From positions 83,113 through 147,112 of the forward strand of contig JALOBE010000002.1 of NCBI GenBank assembly GCA_023228425.1: a stretch of DNA of 64,000 bases, written 5' to 3'. This document shows positions 9,749-19,450 of this stretch, one piece after another (the stretch's first letter is position 1; each line of letters opens with the position of its first letter). A model generated the notes under the pieces. It ran no database searches and had not been told where the DNA came from. It was given only the letters and a program-made list of their open reading frames with translations. The position numbers were made by a program, and so were the translations under genes. This stretch comes from Syntrophales bacterium (GTDB lineage: Bacteria; Desulfobacterota; Syntrophia; Syntrophales; UBA2210).

Positions 9749-10842
9749 CTTTCCCCGGCAAACGAACCGCTCCTGCCGCTTCCGGGTTCCCAGGGACAGA
9801 GCGGCTCTTCAGCCAGGTAACTGCCTGTCGCCTCGTATGCGCGGGCCCGGCAACCCCCGCAAACCCGGATAAATTCGCAGCGACCGCATTTCCCCTCATA
9901 GCGAGAGAGATTCCTCAGGTCACGGAAAATGGGAGAATCCTCCCAGATTTCCTGAAAACTCTGACAGGACAGCTGTCCGCAATCGATTTCCAGAAACCCG
10001 CAGGGCTGCACCTGCCCCCGGTGGGAGATGAAGCAGAAGGAACTGCCCCCCATACAGCCCCGGGTCATGGTGTGAAGTTCACCGCCCCGTCCCGGGTCGT
10101 TCTCCCGGTTGTTCCTGTTCTGGTGATAAATGCGGTAATACTGGGGGGCACAGGTGGCTTTCAACTGCATGGAACAGCCTTTCTCACGCTCGTGGTACCA
10201 GAGAAGGGTTTCCTCGTATTCATCGGGTCCCATGGCCTGGTGTGCCATGTCCCGGGCCCGCCCCGTGGGGACCAGGAGAAATATGTGGTGAGCCGCCGCA
10301 CCGAGCCGCTCAGCCCGTTTCATGATCAGGTCCAGTTCTCCTCGATTCCGCTCTGTTACCGTGGTGTTCACCTGGAACTCAACTCCCGCTTGTCGAAAGG
10401 CCTCGATTCCCCTGAGCGCGGCGTCGTAGGCGCCGTGTACGCCCCGAAAGGTATCGTGGCTTGTCCCGTCCGCCCCGTCGATACTGATGCTCACGCGCCT
10501 GATGCCCGCCTCCCTGGTTTTTCGCGCGATTTCGTCAGTCACCATGGTACCGTTCGTGGCGAGAACCATACGAAGCCCCCGCCGGTCCCCTTCGGCGGCC
10601 ACGTAAAATATATCTTCCCGAAGGTAGGGCTCACCCCCCGTGAGAATCACCACGGGAGTTCCCAGAGAGGCGATGTCGTCCAACAGTGCCAGGCATTGTT
10701 CCGTGGCCGGTTCCCCCTCGTAGGGACCGTACTTGGCCGCCGCCCGGCAGTGGATACAGTCCAGGTTGCAGCTCCGTGTTATTTCCCAGGCCACCATGCG
10801 AAGGTCATGGGGCAGAATGATCGATGGTCGGTTTTGTACCAC
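9745..10842 (-). CDS. radical SAM/SPASM enzyme, NirJ-type (AhbC or AhbD)
   Basis: CxxxCxxC motif in ITRSCNLDCIHCRA. C-terminal Cys-rich SPASM region (KCGRCEFIRVCGGCRARAY). Heme-operon context. AhbC and AhbD cannot be told apart by eye. Confidence 0.8.
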   Translation of the reverse strand: MVQNRPSIILPHDLRMVAWEITRSCNLDCIHCRAAAKYGPYEGEPATEQCLALLDDIASLGTPVVILTGGEPYLREDIFYVAAEGDRRGLRMVLATNGTMVTDEIARKTREAGIRRVSISIDGADGTSHDTFRGVHGAYDAALRGIEAFRQAGVEFQVNTTVTERNRGELDLIMKRAERLGAAAHHIFLLVPTGRARDMAHQAMGPDEYEETLLWYHEREKGCSMQLKATCAPQYYRIYHQNRNNRENDPGRGGELHTMTRGCMGGSSFCFISHRGQVQPCGFLEIDCGQLSCQSFQEIWEDSPIFRDLRNLSRYEGKCGRCEFIRVCGGCRARAYEATGSYLAEEPLCPWEPGSGRSGSFAGER

Positions 10843-10860
10843 TAGTAATCCCTTTTTTCT

Positions 10861-11835
10861 TTATTTTAAAAGCACTTCTGCCGCTTCCTTCGCGTGATAG
10901 GTTATAATTATGTCGGCGCCGGCCCGCCGCAGCGACAGCAGGATCTCCATCATGGCGCGCTCACCGTCAAGGTGCCCCATGGCCGCCGCCGCCTTGACCA
11001 TGGCGTATTCACCACTTACGTTGTAGGCAGCGAGGGGCAGATCAAACTCCTCCCTGGCCCTGCGTATGACGTCGAGGTAGGCGAGTGCCGGCTTCACCAT
11101 GAGAATGTCCGCCCCTTCCGCCACGTCCAGGGTCATTTCCCTGATGGCCTCGTCACTGTTGGCAGGGTCCATCTGGTAGGACTTCCTGTCCCCCCGTTGC
11201 GGCGCGCTTTCGGCGGCCTCCCTGAAAGGCCCGTAGAAAGACGACGCGTACTTGGCCGAGTAAGCCATGACGGGCGTTGACTCATACCCTCCTTCGTCGA
11301 GGGCTTCACGAACGGCCAGGATCTGGCCGTCCATCATGGCCGAGGGTGCCACCATGTCGGCGCCGGCCCTGGCGTGGGAAAGGGCCGTTTCACCCAGTAC
11401 CTGGATCGTGGTATCGTTGTCCACGTCATCGCCGTCGAGCATGCCGCAGTGGCCGTGGCTGGTGTACTCGCATAGACATACATCGGTGATGACCATCATG
11501 TCGGGAATCGATTCTTTCAATGCCGAGACGGCCCTCTGCACGATGCCCTTTCTCGCGAAGGCTCCGCCGGCCAGCTCATCCTTCTTCTCGGGAATACCGA
11601 AGAGAAGCACCGCGGGAATCCCCAGGTCTCGAATCACCGCCGCTTCCTTCACCAGATGGTCAACGGATACCTGGAACTGTCCCGGCATGGAGGTGATCGG
11701 TTTCTTCACTTTTGAACCGGGAACGACGAACAGCGGACACACGAGGCTGTCAACGGACAGGCGTGTTTCCCTGATCAGCCGTCTCAGGTTCTCATTTTTT
11801 CTCAGCCGTCGTGGCCGGTATTCGGGGTACTGCAT
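10861..11835 (-). CDS. hemB: porphobilinogen synthase (delta-aminolevulinate dehydratase), Zn type
   Basis: N-terminal RPRRLRKNENLRRLIRET, Cys-rich Zn site DVCLCEYTSHGHCG, and MVKPALAYLD. Confidence 0.95.
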   Translation of the reverse strand: MQYPEYRPRRLRKNENLRRLIRETRLSVDSLVCPLFVVPGSKVKKPITSMPGQFQVSVDHLVKEAAVIRDLGIPAVLLFGIPEKKDELAGGAFARKGIVQRAVSALKESIPDMMVITDVCLCEYTSHGHCGMLDGDDVDNDTTIQVLGETALSHARAGADMVAPSAMMDGQILAVREALDEGGYESTPVMAYSAKYASSFYGPFREAAESAPQRGDRKSYQMDPANSDEAIREMTLDVAEGADILMVKPALAYLDVIRRAREEFDLPLAAYNVSGEYAMVKAAAAMGHLDGERAMMEILLSLRRAGADIIITYHAKEAAEVLLK

Positions 11836-11837
11836 GG

Positions 11838-13025
11838 TCAGCCCTCCTTGTCGATTTCCTCGTCCGTCAGGTAGCAGGCCGGGTCTTCAGCCCAGATGTC
11901 TCCCGTCGCCGCTTCCGCCCGGGCCCTGAAATTACCTCCGCAGATATCGAGCCATCGACAGGAGGCGCAGCGGCCCCGGACATGGAGTTTCTTGTCCTTC
12001 AGTCGCATCAGCAGCCCGTTTCCCCGATCCTCCCAGATCTCATGAAAGGGACGATTTTTCACGTTACCCAGGGAAACGGAACGCCAGAACTGGTCCGGAT
12101 GGACCTCGCCGTCCCAGCTGACGCAGCCGATGCCCCGGCCCGAGTTGTTTCCCTCGTTCATGCAAAGCAGCTTCATCACCTCGGCGGCCCGTTCCGGGTC
12201 CTCCCGCAGAAGACGCAGGTACAGGTAAGGCCCGTCGGCATGGTTGTCGACGGTGAGGACTTCCTTTGGCACACCCCGGCGGTACAGGTCTTTCGTGCGG
12301 TCAAGAATGAGGTCCACAGCGGCCCGGGTCTCACGATGATCAAGGTCTTCATCGATAAGAGCGGAACCGCGTCCCGAATAGACCAGATGATAGAAACAGA
12401 GCCGGGGTATTCCTTCAGCCTCCGCCAGGTCAAAAATGGCCGGCACCTGATCCACGTTCGAGCGGGTGAGGGTGAACCTGACACCCACCTTGATGCCCGC
12501 GTCCCGGCAGTTCCTGATACCCCGCATGGCGGCTTCAAAGGCCCCTCCGACGCCCCTGAAGCGGTCATGCACGGGGCCTGTCCCGTCGAGGCTCACCCCC
12601 ACATAGGACAGGCCGATATCAGCGTAAATCCGTGCCTGCCGCGGCGTGACGAGAGTGCCGTTGGTGGAGATGACGGCGCGCATGCCCCGGTCGACGGCGT
12701 AGCGGACCAGTTCGGGAAGGTCGCTTCTCATGAAAGGCTCGCCACCGGAAAAAAGCGCTACGGGACAACCGTAATCGGCCATATCCGACAGGAGCGCCCT
12801 GCCCTGCAGCGTGTCGAGTTCGTCGGCATAGGTCACATTCTGAGAGCTTGAGTAGCAGTGCACGCACTTCAGGTTGCACCGCCTGGTTACGTTCCACACC
12901 ACTACGGGTTTCTTGTCGGCGGAAAACTGGAGCAGCTGCGACGGAAGGCTCCCGGAATCAGAACCGTAGCGCAGAACATCCGACGGCTCGACACCCCCGC
13001 AGTATAGTTTTGAAACACCTATCAT
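11838..13025 (-). CDS. radical SAM/SPASM enzyme, NirJ-type (AhbD or AhbC)
   Basis: VTRRCNLKCVHCYS radical-SAM motif and C-terminal RCASCRWLDICGGNFRARA. It is a paralogue of 9745-10842 in the same operon. Confidence 0.8.
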   Translation of the reverse strand: MIGVSKLYCGGVEPSDVLRYGSDSGSLPSQLLQFSADKKPVVVWNVTRRCNLKCVHCYSSSQNVTYADELDTLQGRALLSDMADYGCPVALFSGGEPFMRSDLPELVRYAVDRGMRAVISTNGTLVTPRQARIYADIGLSYVGVSLDGTGPVHDRFRGVGGAFEAAMRGIRNCRDAGIKVGVRFTLTRSNVDQVPAIFDLAEAEGIPRLCFYHLVYSGRGSALIDEDLDHRETRAAVDLILDRTKDLYRRGVPKEVLTVDNHADGPYLYLRLLREDPERAAEVMKLLCMNEGNNSGRGIGCVSWDGEVHPDQFWRSVSLGNVKNRPFHEIWEDRGNGLLMRLKDKKLHVRGRCASCRWLDICGGNFRARAEAATGDIWAEDPACYLTDEEIDKEG

Positions 13026-14542
13026 CGTTTTTCTTTCAACCCCTCCTCGATGGCAGCCGCAAAGCCCTTCATGTCATAGGGGCCCTGCATGATGTCCACT
13101 CTCAGGCCGGCTTTCCGCGCCGCCGCTTCCGTTACGGGTCCGATGCAGGCGACGGCGACGGAAGGGGGTATGTTTTCGATACCGCCGATCATGTCGATAC
13201 AATGGGTCACCGTTGAGGGACTCGTAAAGGCGAGTACATCCACGAGGCCCTCCTTCATGAGCCCGATCAGTTCCGTGCCGTCACGGCCCGAACCTGTCGC
13301 GCGGTAGAGGGGTATCACGTCAACGCAGGCCCCCCGGGCCTCAAGTTCACGGGGAATCACGTCACGGGCCGTTTCCGCCCGGGGAAGCAGGATTTTGACA
13401 CCCTCCAGGTCCAGGCTTTCGAAGGCTTTTACCACCCCCTCCGAGATGTATTCTTCAGGGACTATGTCAACCCTGATTCCCTTTGCCTCGATGGCCGCCG
13501 CCGTGGCGGGGCCGATAGCGGCCACGCGAAGGCCCTTCAGATCCCGTAAATCCCTGCCGAGGCTTCGAAGACGGTCAAAAAAGAAGCGGACGCTGTTGGC
13601 GCTGGTGAATATGACCCACTGGTAGGAATCGAGAACGCCAAGGGCCTCGTCGAACCTGCCGGTGTCTTCATGGGGAACAATGGAAATGACGGGGAAAACA
13701 ATAACCCGGGCTCCCCGTTCACGAAGCATGTCCGCACATTCACGGGCCTGTCCCTCGGGCCGTGTGATAACGATACCCTTCCCGAAGAGGGGCTTCTTTT
13801 CGAACCAGGCAAGCCTGTCTCGCAGAGCCACCACGTCGCCGGTCACGAAGATCGCCGGTGGCGTCATGCCTCGTTCACGGGCCAGCGCTGCGATGCTTCC
13901 CAGGGTCCCAACCACTGTCTCCTGATCTGCAGTGGTCCCCCATCGGACAAGAATCGCCGGTGTTTCCGGATCTTTCCCGTGCTCGATGAGTTTTTCCGTG
14001 ATCGTTGGAAGGTTTTTCACGCCCATCAAAAAAACCAGTGTTTCAAGAGGCGCCAGGTGTTCCCAGTGGAGGCGGCTTTCAGGCTTCGTTGGATCTTCGT
14101 GCCCCGTGACAAAGGCCACCGTGGAGGTGAACTTCCGCTGGGTCAGGGGAATCCCGGCATAGGCCGGCACCGCGACGGCCGAGCTGATGCCGGGGATGAT
14201 TTCGAAGGGTATCCCGTGATCGGCGAGAACCAGCGCCTCTTCCCCGCCGCGACCGAAAATGAAGGGATCGCCGCCCTTGAGCCGCGCCACCACGTGCCCT
14301 CCGCGGGCCTCCTCAACGAGGATCATGTTGATGTCGTCCTGGGAAAGCGTGTGGTCCCCCCCCTGTTTCCCCACGTATATCCGGCGGGATTCGCCGGGGG
14401 CGTGATCCAGTATCTCCCTGTTGACGAGATGATCGTAGACAACCACGTCCGCCCGCGACAGGCACTCGACGGCCCGAAGGGTGACGAGTCCCGGGTCTCC
14501 CGGCCCTCCACCGATGATGTATACTTTCCCCATGTTTCGCAT
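13022..14542 (-). CDS. uroporphyrinogen-III C-methyltransferase / uroporphyrinogen-III synthase fusion (CobA/HemD)
   Basis: VYIIGGGPGDPGLVTLRA SUMT N-terminus followed by a HemD-like C-terminal half. The start was moved to the internal ATG (MRNMGKV) because the ORF-track N-terminal extension overlaps hemC. Confidence 0.9.
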   Translation of the reverse strand: MRNMGKVYIIGGGPGDPGLVTLRAVECLSRADVVVYDHLVNREILDHAPGESRRIYVGKQGGDHTLSQDDINMILVEEARGGHVVARLKGGDPFIFGRGGEEALVLADHGIPFEIIPGISSAVAVPAYAGIPLTQRKFTSTVAFVTGHEDPTKPESRLHWEHLAPLETLVFLMGVKNLPTITEKLIEHGKDPETPAILVRWGTTADQETVVGTLGSIAALARERGMTPPAIFVTGDVVALRDRLAWFEKKPLFGKGIVITRPEGQARECADMLRERGARVIVFPVISIVPHEDTGRFDEALGVLDSYQWVIFTSANSVRFFFDRLRSLGRDLRDLKGLRVAAIGPATAAAIEAKGIRVDIVPEEYISEGVVKAFESLDLEGVKILLPRAETARDVIPRELEARGACVDVIPLYRATGSGRDGTELIGLMKEGLVDVLAFTSPSTVTHCIDMIGGIENIPPSVAVACIGPVTEAAARKAGLRVDIMQGPYDMKGFAAAIEEGLKEKR

Positions 14543-14639
14543 AGGCTCTACCCTCAGTGCCGACCCCGCCGCCGGGGTCGGCAGATCCCGGTCCCGCGGC
14601 CGGGGATTGTTTTTCTCCTCAGTATCAGACCGTCGGCCA

Positions 14640-15557
14640 TCAGCAGGAACCGTACTCAATGTCAAGCACCCTTCGTCCGCCACGGGCAAGAATCGAGTCG
14701 GCCGCCGCCCGGCCGAGAGCCGCCCCTTCGTGACGTCCGCCACGGAGTGTTTCTCCGATCAGGACCCGGCCGTCGGGTGTCCCCACCAGTCCGCTGATCC
14801 TGAGGGAGTCACCCTCAACCCTTGCATAACCCGCGATGGGAACCTGGCAGCCGCCGCCGAGGCGACCAAGGTAGGCCCGTTCGGCAAGGATTTCAAGCAC
14901 CGTCTCGGGGTGATTGAGCGGGGAGACAAGCTCTTTTATGTCCCGATCATCACGGCGGATCTCGATACCCAGGACACCCTGACCCGCCGCGGGAAGAATC
15001 ACGTCGGGAGAAAGGAACTGGGATACTTCCCGGAGCCAGCCCATGCGAGCCATGCCCGCCGCCGCCAGGATGATCCCCTGGAGCCCCTGCTTCTCGATTG
15101 TGTCTATTCTCGTCCGCAGGTTTCCCCGTATGGGAATGATCGTCAGGTCCGGTCTCACCTTCAGGAGCTGCATACGGCGCCGGAGTGACCCCGTCCCTAT
15201 CCGGGCCCCCGGCGGCAGATTTTCCAGCAGGGCCTCTCCCTTCGTCACCAGGATGTCCCGCGGGTCTTCACGTCGGGGATAGGCTGCCATCTCAAGGCCT
15301 TCCGGCAGTTCCACCGGAACGTCCTTCATGCTGTGTACAGCGAGGTCGATAGAGCCTTTCAGAAGCTCCGCCTCGATTTCCTTGACAAAAACACCCTTCC
15401 CGCCCAGTTCGGCGATGCTCATCTCCTGCAGCCTGTCGGCCCTGGTCTTAATGGGAACGACCTCACAGACAAGTCCCGGGTGATGCTTTCGCAGCGACTC
15501 GGCAACACTCCGAGCCTGAACGAGGGCCAAGTCACTGCCCCTGGTTCCGATACGCAC
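14640..15557 (-). CDS. hemC: hydroxymethylbilane synthase (porphobilinogen deaminase)
   Basis: MRIGTRGSDLALVQA N-terminus, GNLRTR, and a conserved Cys near the C-terminus (GGCQVPI). Confidence 0.95.
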   Translation of the reverse strand: MRIGTRGSDLALVQARSVAESLRKHHPGLVCEVVPIKTRADRLQEMSIAELGGKGVFVKEIEAELLKGSIDLAVHSMKDVPVELPEGLEMAAYPRREDPRDILVTKGEALLENLPPGARIGTGSLRRRMQLLKVRPDLTIIPIRGNLRTRIDTIEKQGLQGIILAAAGMARMGWLREVSQFLSPDVILPAAGQGVLGIEIRRDDRDIKELVSPLNHPETVLEILAERAYLGRLGGGCQVPIAGYARVEGDSLRISGLVGTPDGRVLIGETLRGGRHEGAALGRAAADSILARGGRRVLDIEYGSC

Positions 15558-15589
15558 TGTCCGTTCGATTGCAGACCTCCCTCAGCGCG

Positions 15590-16861
15590 TTACACCTCTT
15601 CGTCGAGTCCGAAAAGACGCCTCAGTGCCGCCACATAGGCGTGACCGCCGCCGTTTTCACATTCTTCCTTGAGGCTCGTCACCGGTCCGTGAAGAATCTT
15701 GTTGGTTACCGACCTGATCAGGGTTTCAACATTGCCGCGCTCTTCCTCGCCGAGCCCGGTCATCCATGACATGGATCGGTCAAGCTCTCCCCTGGTGATG
15801 TCCTCCACCCTGTTTTTGAGGTCCACAATCGTGGGAACCGCATCGAGAGTCGCCCGCCAGCGGGTGAAGAGAGCCACCTCACCGCTGATGATTTCTTCGG
15901 CCCTGGCCGCCTCGGCCATGCGGCTCTTCAGGTTCTCGTCAACCACCTGCTGAAGATCATCGATGTTGTAAAGATAAACGTTGTCCATAGCGCCCACACC
16001 GGGATCGATGTCCCGTGGAACAGCTATGTCTATGAGAAAAAGCAGGTGGTTTTTCCGACGGCGCAGGGCTGCCGATACCAGCGGACGATCGATGATGTAT
16101 CCCGGAGCGCCCGTGGAGGTGATAATGATGTCCGCATCCCCCAGAATACCGGGCAACGCGTCGAACCCAAACGCCGTCCCTCCGAATACTCCCGCCAGGG
16201 CACGGGCGTTTTCGACGGTCCTGTTGGCCACGATGATCCTCGTCGCCCCGTTGTTCTTCAGATGCCGCGCCGCCAGTTCGGCCATTTCACCGGCCCCCAC
16301 GAGAAGGACGGACGTGCCCTCCAGGCTCCCCAGGATTTTTTTTGCCAGTGCCACTGCCGTGTAGCCCACGGAAACAGCGTTTTCAGCGATTCCTGTCTCC
16401 GTTCTCACCCTCTTTGCCACGCGAAAGGCCTGGTGCAGCAGACGGTTCATGATAACACCGGTGGTCCGCTTTTCAACGCACAGGCGATAGGCTTCCTTCA
16501 TCTGCCCCAGTATCTGGGGCTCGCCCATGATCATGGAGTCGAGGCTTGATGCCACCCGGAAGAGGTGCCGCACGGCCTCCTCGTCCCGGTAGCGATACAG
16601 GCAGACCTCCATCTCCCGGGCGGGAAGGTTTCCATGAGAAAGAATGAACTCCTTCAGGCTTTCCATGGCCCGCTTCACGTCTCCGACGGAGGCCAGCACC
16701 TCAACTCTGTTGCACGTCGCCAGGTAGAGGGCTTCTCGCACATGGGGAATGCTCTTCACCGCTTCCACGGTCCTGCCCTGGTCCTCGCAGGCTATCGTAA
16801 GGCGCTCTCGCAGGGCCAACGGGGCCGTTCTATGATTCATTCCCAGGATGACAATATGCAT
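15590..16861 (-). CDS. hemA: glutamyl-tRNA reductase
   Basis: LATCNRVEV catalytic-Cys motif and NADPH-binding VLLVGAGEMAEL. Confidence 0.95.
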   Translation of the reverse strand: MHIVILGMNHRTAPLALRERLTIACEDQGRTVEAVKSIPHVREALYLATCNRVEVLASVGDVKRAMESLKEFILSHGNLPAREMEVCLYRYRDEEAVRHLFRVASSLDSMIMGEPQILGQMKEAYRLCVEKRTTGVIMNRLLHQAFRVAKRVRTETGIAENAVSVGYTAVALAKKILGSLEGTSVLLVGAGEMAELAARHLKNNGATRIIVANRTVENARALAGVFGGTAFGFDALPGILGDADIIITSTGAPGYIIDRPLVSAALRRRKNHLLFLIDIAVPRDIDPGVGAMDNVYLYNIDDLQQVVDENLKSRMAEAARAEEIISGEVALFTRWRATLDAVPTIVDLKNRVEDITRGELDRSMSWMTGLGEEERGNVETLIRSVTNKILHGPVTSLKEECENGGGHAYVAALRRLFGLDEEV

Positions 16862-16870
16862 GGTTACCGC

Positions 16871-17683
16871 TTAAAACGTGTGTATTGTAGTAAAAAACAG
16901 ATTGACCCCCACAAAGGCGAACAGCAGTATCGCGAAGGCCCCCATGGACAGGAATGCCGCCCGGCGCCCCTTCCAGCCGATGACAAGCCTCTGGTGCAGC
17001 AGAACCCCGCAGAGGAACCAGGCCGCCAGTGTGGCGATCTGCTTGGGGTCCCAGGGCAGATGGCTTCCCCAGGCGGTGCGGGCCCACACCGATCCGGCGA
17101 TGATGCCCAGGGTAAGGAGAAGAAAGCCCCAGAGGACACTGAGATGATTTATCCTGTCCAGGTCGCCCAGCGACGGAAGAACCCGATACAATTCGTGAAT
17201 CTTCCTCCGGCGTATCAGGCCGTCCTGGATCAGGTACATGAGGGCCGCGCAGCACGCCAGGGCAAAGAGAGCCGATCCGGTGAGCGAAAAAATGACATGG
17301 ACCGTCACCCAGCAGGTTTTCAGGTCCTGTCCCGCGGGGGACGGGCCCATGATGCCCGCCGATGAGGCTATGACCATCACCAGCGAGAGAGGGGCTACAA
17401 ACGCTCCGAGTACCCGCGTTTTTGTCAATGCCTGAAAGAGAAAATACACCGCCGCGATAGCCCAGCCGATAAACGAAAGCGCCTCGGACAGGTTGACCGC
17501 CGGGCTGTACCCTGACCCCCACCAGCGCAGACCGATAAAGACCGTGTGCAGGGCGAAAGCCGCCGCGAACACCCAGGTGGACAGCCGGGCCAGGGCAACC
17601 CTTTTCAGAAGGAGCGACGCCGTGAACCCCGCCGTGCCTGCCAGGTAGATTACCAGGGCGGCCCTGAAAAACAATGCATCCAT
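16871..17683 (-). CDS. CcsA/HemX-like cytochrome c assembly family membrane protein
   Basis: Polytopic membrane protein with a Trp-rich motif WGSHLPWDPKQ. Its position beside hemA matches the Bacillus hemA-hemX arrangement. Confidence 0.7.
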   Translation of the reverse strand: MDALFFRAALVIYLAGTAGFTASLLLKRVALARLSTWVFAAAFALHTVFIGLRWWGSGYSPAVNLSEALSFIGWAIAAVYFLFQALTKTRVLGAFVAPLSLVMVIASSAGIMGPSPAGQDLKTCWVTVHVIFSLTGSALFALACCAALMYLIQDGLIRRRKIHELYRVLPSLGDLDRINHLSVLWGFLLLTLGIIAGSVWARTAWGSHLPWDPKQIATLAAWFLCGVLLHQRLVIGWKGRRAAFLSMGAFAILLFAFVGVNLFFTTIHTF

Positions 17684-18378
17684 CAGTCGTCACCGAAATA
17701 ATTATTGTTTCCGGTTTGTGCCGCCTCGAGTTCCGCCGGGTCCATCTCTTCGCCCGTCAGCTCCATGACAAGATTCCGTGCCTCGTCCAGCCGGCCTTCC
17801 TTGAGAAGTATCATGAGGGGTGAATAGATGAGAGATTCGAAGGTGAGCCTGTTCTCGTCGGCCGGCCTGGCCCGGGCCAGTATGCGTCTTCGCAGGTTCC
17901 CCAGCACCCGCAACAGGGGACCGTACCCGTCGTCCAGAAGCGTTTCCAGGTTCATCCGTATCATCCGGGCAAGAGCGGGACTTTTCCCCCCGGTGGAGAC
18001 GGCCACCGCCAGGTCACCTTTTCGAACCAGGGCAGGCAGGATGAAGGTGCATAATTCGGGACAGTCGACGATATTCACCAGCAGTCCCGCCGCTTCAGCG
18101 TCGCCATGAACGCGCCGGTTAACGGCCTCGTCATCGGTTGCCCCGATGACGAGAAAGGCACCTTCGATGTGTTCACTCCTGTAGTCATCATCGATGTGGG
18201 AGAGAACTCCCTCGTCACGCATGCGGGCCAGCTCGGGTGTCAATAAACGTCCCACCACGGTCACCCGGGCGCCGCATTCGATCAGACGGACCGACTTTCT
18301 CGCCGCGACATCACCGGCACCGATGACAATACAGTGTCGGTTCATTATATTCAGAAACAGTGGATAGTAGACCGTCAT
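17683..18378 (-). CDS. precorrin-2 dehydrogenase / sirohydrochlorin ferrochelatase (SirC / CysG N-terminal domain type)
   Basis: YPLFLNIMNRHCIVIGAGDVAARK Rossmann start typical of siroheme synthase N-domains. The internal ATG (MTVYYPLF) is preferred as the start. Confidence 0.8.
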   Translation of the reverse strand: MTVYYPLFLNIMNRHCIVIGAGDVAARKSVRLIECGARVTVVGRLLTPELARMRDEGVLSHIDDDYRSEHIEGAFLVIGATDDEAVNRRVHGDAEAAGLLVNIVDCPELCTFILPALVRKGDLAVAVSTGGKSPALARMIRMNLETLLDDGYGPLLRVLGNLRRRILARARPADENRLTFESLIYSPLMILLKEGRLDEARNLVMELTGEEMDPAELEAAQTGNNNYFGDD

Positions 18379-18507
18379 GGCCGCGCAACCGTCCCTTGTG
18401 TAATTTGGTTTCGTTACCATGAAGACAGGGAAAACTCAAGCAGCTTGAATTATCAGATGAAAGAGGATATACCGAAGTGGCGCGGTTCAGGCGCCCGAGG
18501 AGGATGT

Positions 18508-19449
18508 ATGACAACGACCCCAGCCAGGGAATCGTGGATTGAAATTGTAGTCAGGACCCCGCCGCTGCTGTCGGATCCTCTTGCAAACTTCCTGGATGAA
18601 CTGGGAACCCGGGGCGTCTTTGAAGAAGAATCAATCCAGGGCCCTTTCAACGATTTCCCCGAGGACCCCCCGAAGACGGTCACAATCAAGGCATACCTGC
18701 CCGACACCGGGGAGGTAGCGAAGAAGCTCTCGTCCCTCGAGACTTACACGGCAAGTCTGAAGGAACTCTTCCCGGAACTGGAGGCTCCGTCATACTCCAC
18801 CTCAACCATTTCCGATCCGGACTGGGCCGAGCGGTGGAAAAAGTATTTCAAGCCCCTGCGCATCAGCAAGAACATCGTCATAAAGCCCACCTGGGAACGC
18901 TACCGGTCCGAGGGGGGAGAAATTGTCATCGACATCGACCCGGGTATGGCTTTCGGAACGGGTCAGCACGCCTCCACGCGACTCTCGGTCAATGCCATTG
19001 AAGATATCATCTTGAAACAGACACCGCCGGAGGGCTGGAATGTTCTCGACATCGGAACGGGCACGGGCATCCTGGCCATGTGCTGCGCCATGCTGGGCGC
19101 CGATCTCGTGACCGCCATCGACCTGGACCCGCTTGCCGTGGAAATAGCGGCCGTCAACATAGCCATAAACGATCTTCACGACCGGATCCGGCTGGTCAAC
19201 CGGGATGCCTCCGACATGGAAGGAACCTTCAACCTTATCGTGGCAAATCTCACGGCTCCCGCCCTGATGAACCTCCGCGACAGGCTCGTCACCATGATGG
19301 CGCCGGGCGGTTATCTTGTCGCCTCGGGCATCATCGACACATATGGAAGCCGGCTCGAACAGATTTTTGAGGACGACGGCGTCACCGTCACCGATCGTCG
19401 GGATGAAAAGGAATGGCTCTGCCTCACCTTCAAAAAAAGGGACCCCTGA
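18508..19449 (+). CDS. prmA: ribosomal protein L11 methyltransferase
   Basis: DPGMAFGTGQHASTRL and VLDIGTGTGILA SAM-binding motifs. GAGGAGGA Shine-Dalgarno sits before the ATG at 18508. The ORF-track upstream extension was rejected. Confidence 0.9.
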   Translation: MTTTPARESWIEIVVRTPPLLSDPLANFLDELGTRGVFEEESIQGPFNDFPEDPPKTVTIKAYLPDTGEVAKKLSSLETYTASLKELFPELEAPSYSTSTISDPDWAERWKKYFKPLRISKNIVIKPTWERYRSEGGEIVIDIDPGMAFGTGQHASTRLSVNAIEDIILKQTPPEGWNVLDIGTGTGILAMCCAMLGADLVTAIDLDPLAVEIAAVNIAINDLHDRIRLVNRDASDMEGTFNLIVANLTAPALMNLRDRLVTMMAPGGYLVASGIIDTYGSRLEQIFEDDGVTVTDRRDEKEWLCLTFKKRDP

Positions 19450-19450
19450 C

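Noticed and set aside
9736-10845. Long antisense ORFs lie opposite real genes. Examples are 2555-3619, 4242-5072, 9736-10845, 11811-12851, 13670-14797, 16565-17365, 19735-20769, 22331-22861, 23038-23913, 26138-26917, 27353-28198, 28849-29679, 43822-44793 and 54313-55218.
   Set aside because: They are Arg/Pro/Gly-rich low-complexity translations with no recognisable motifs. Each is the mirror of an ORF with clear family signatures, which is the typical shadow-ORF pattern in GC-rich DNA.
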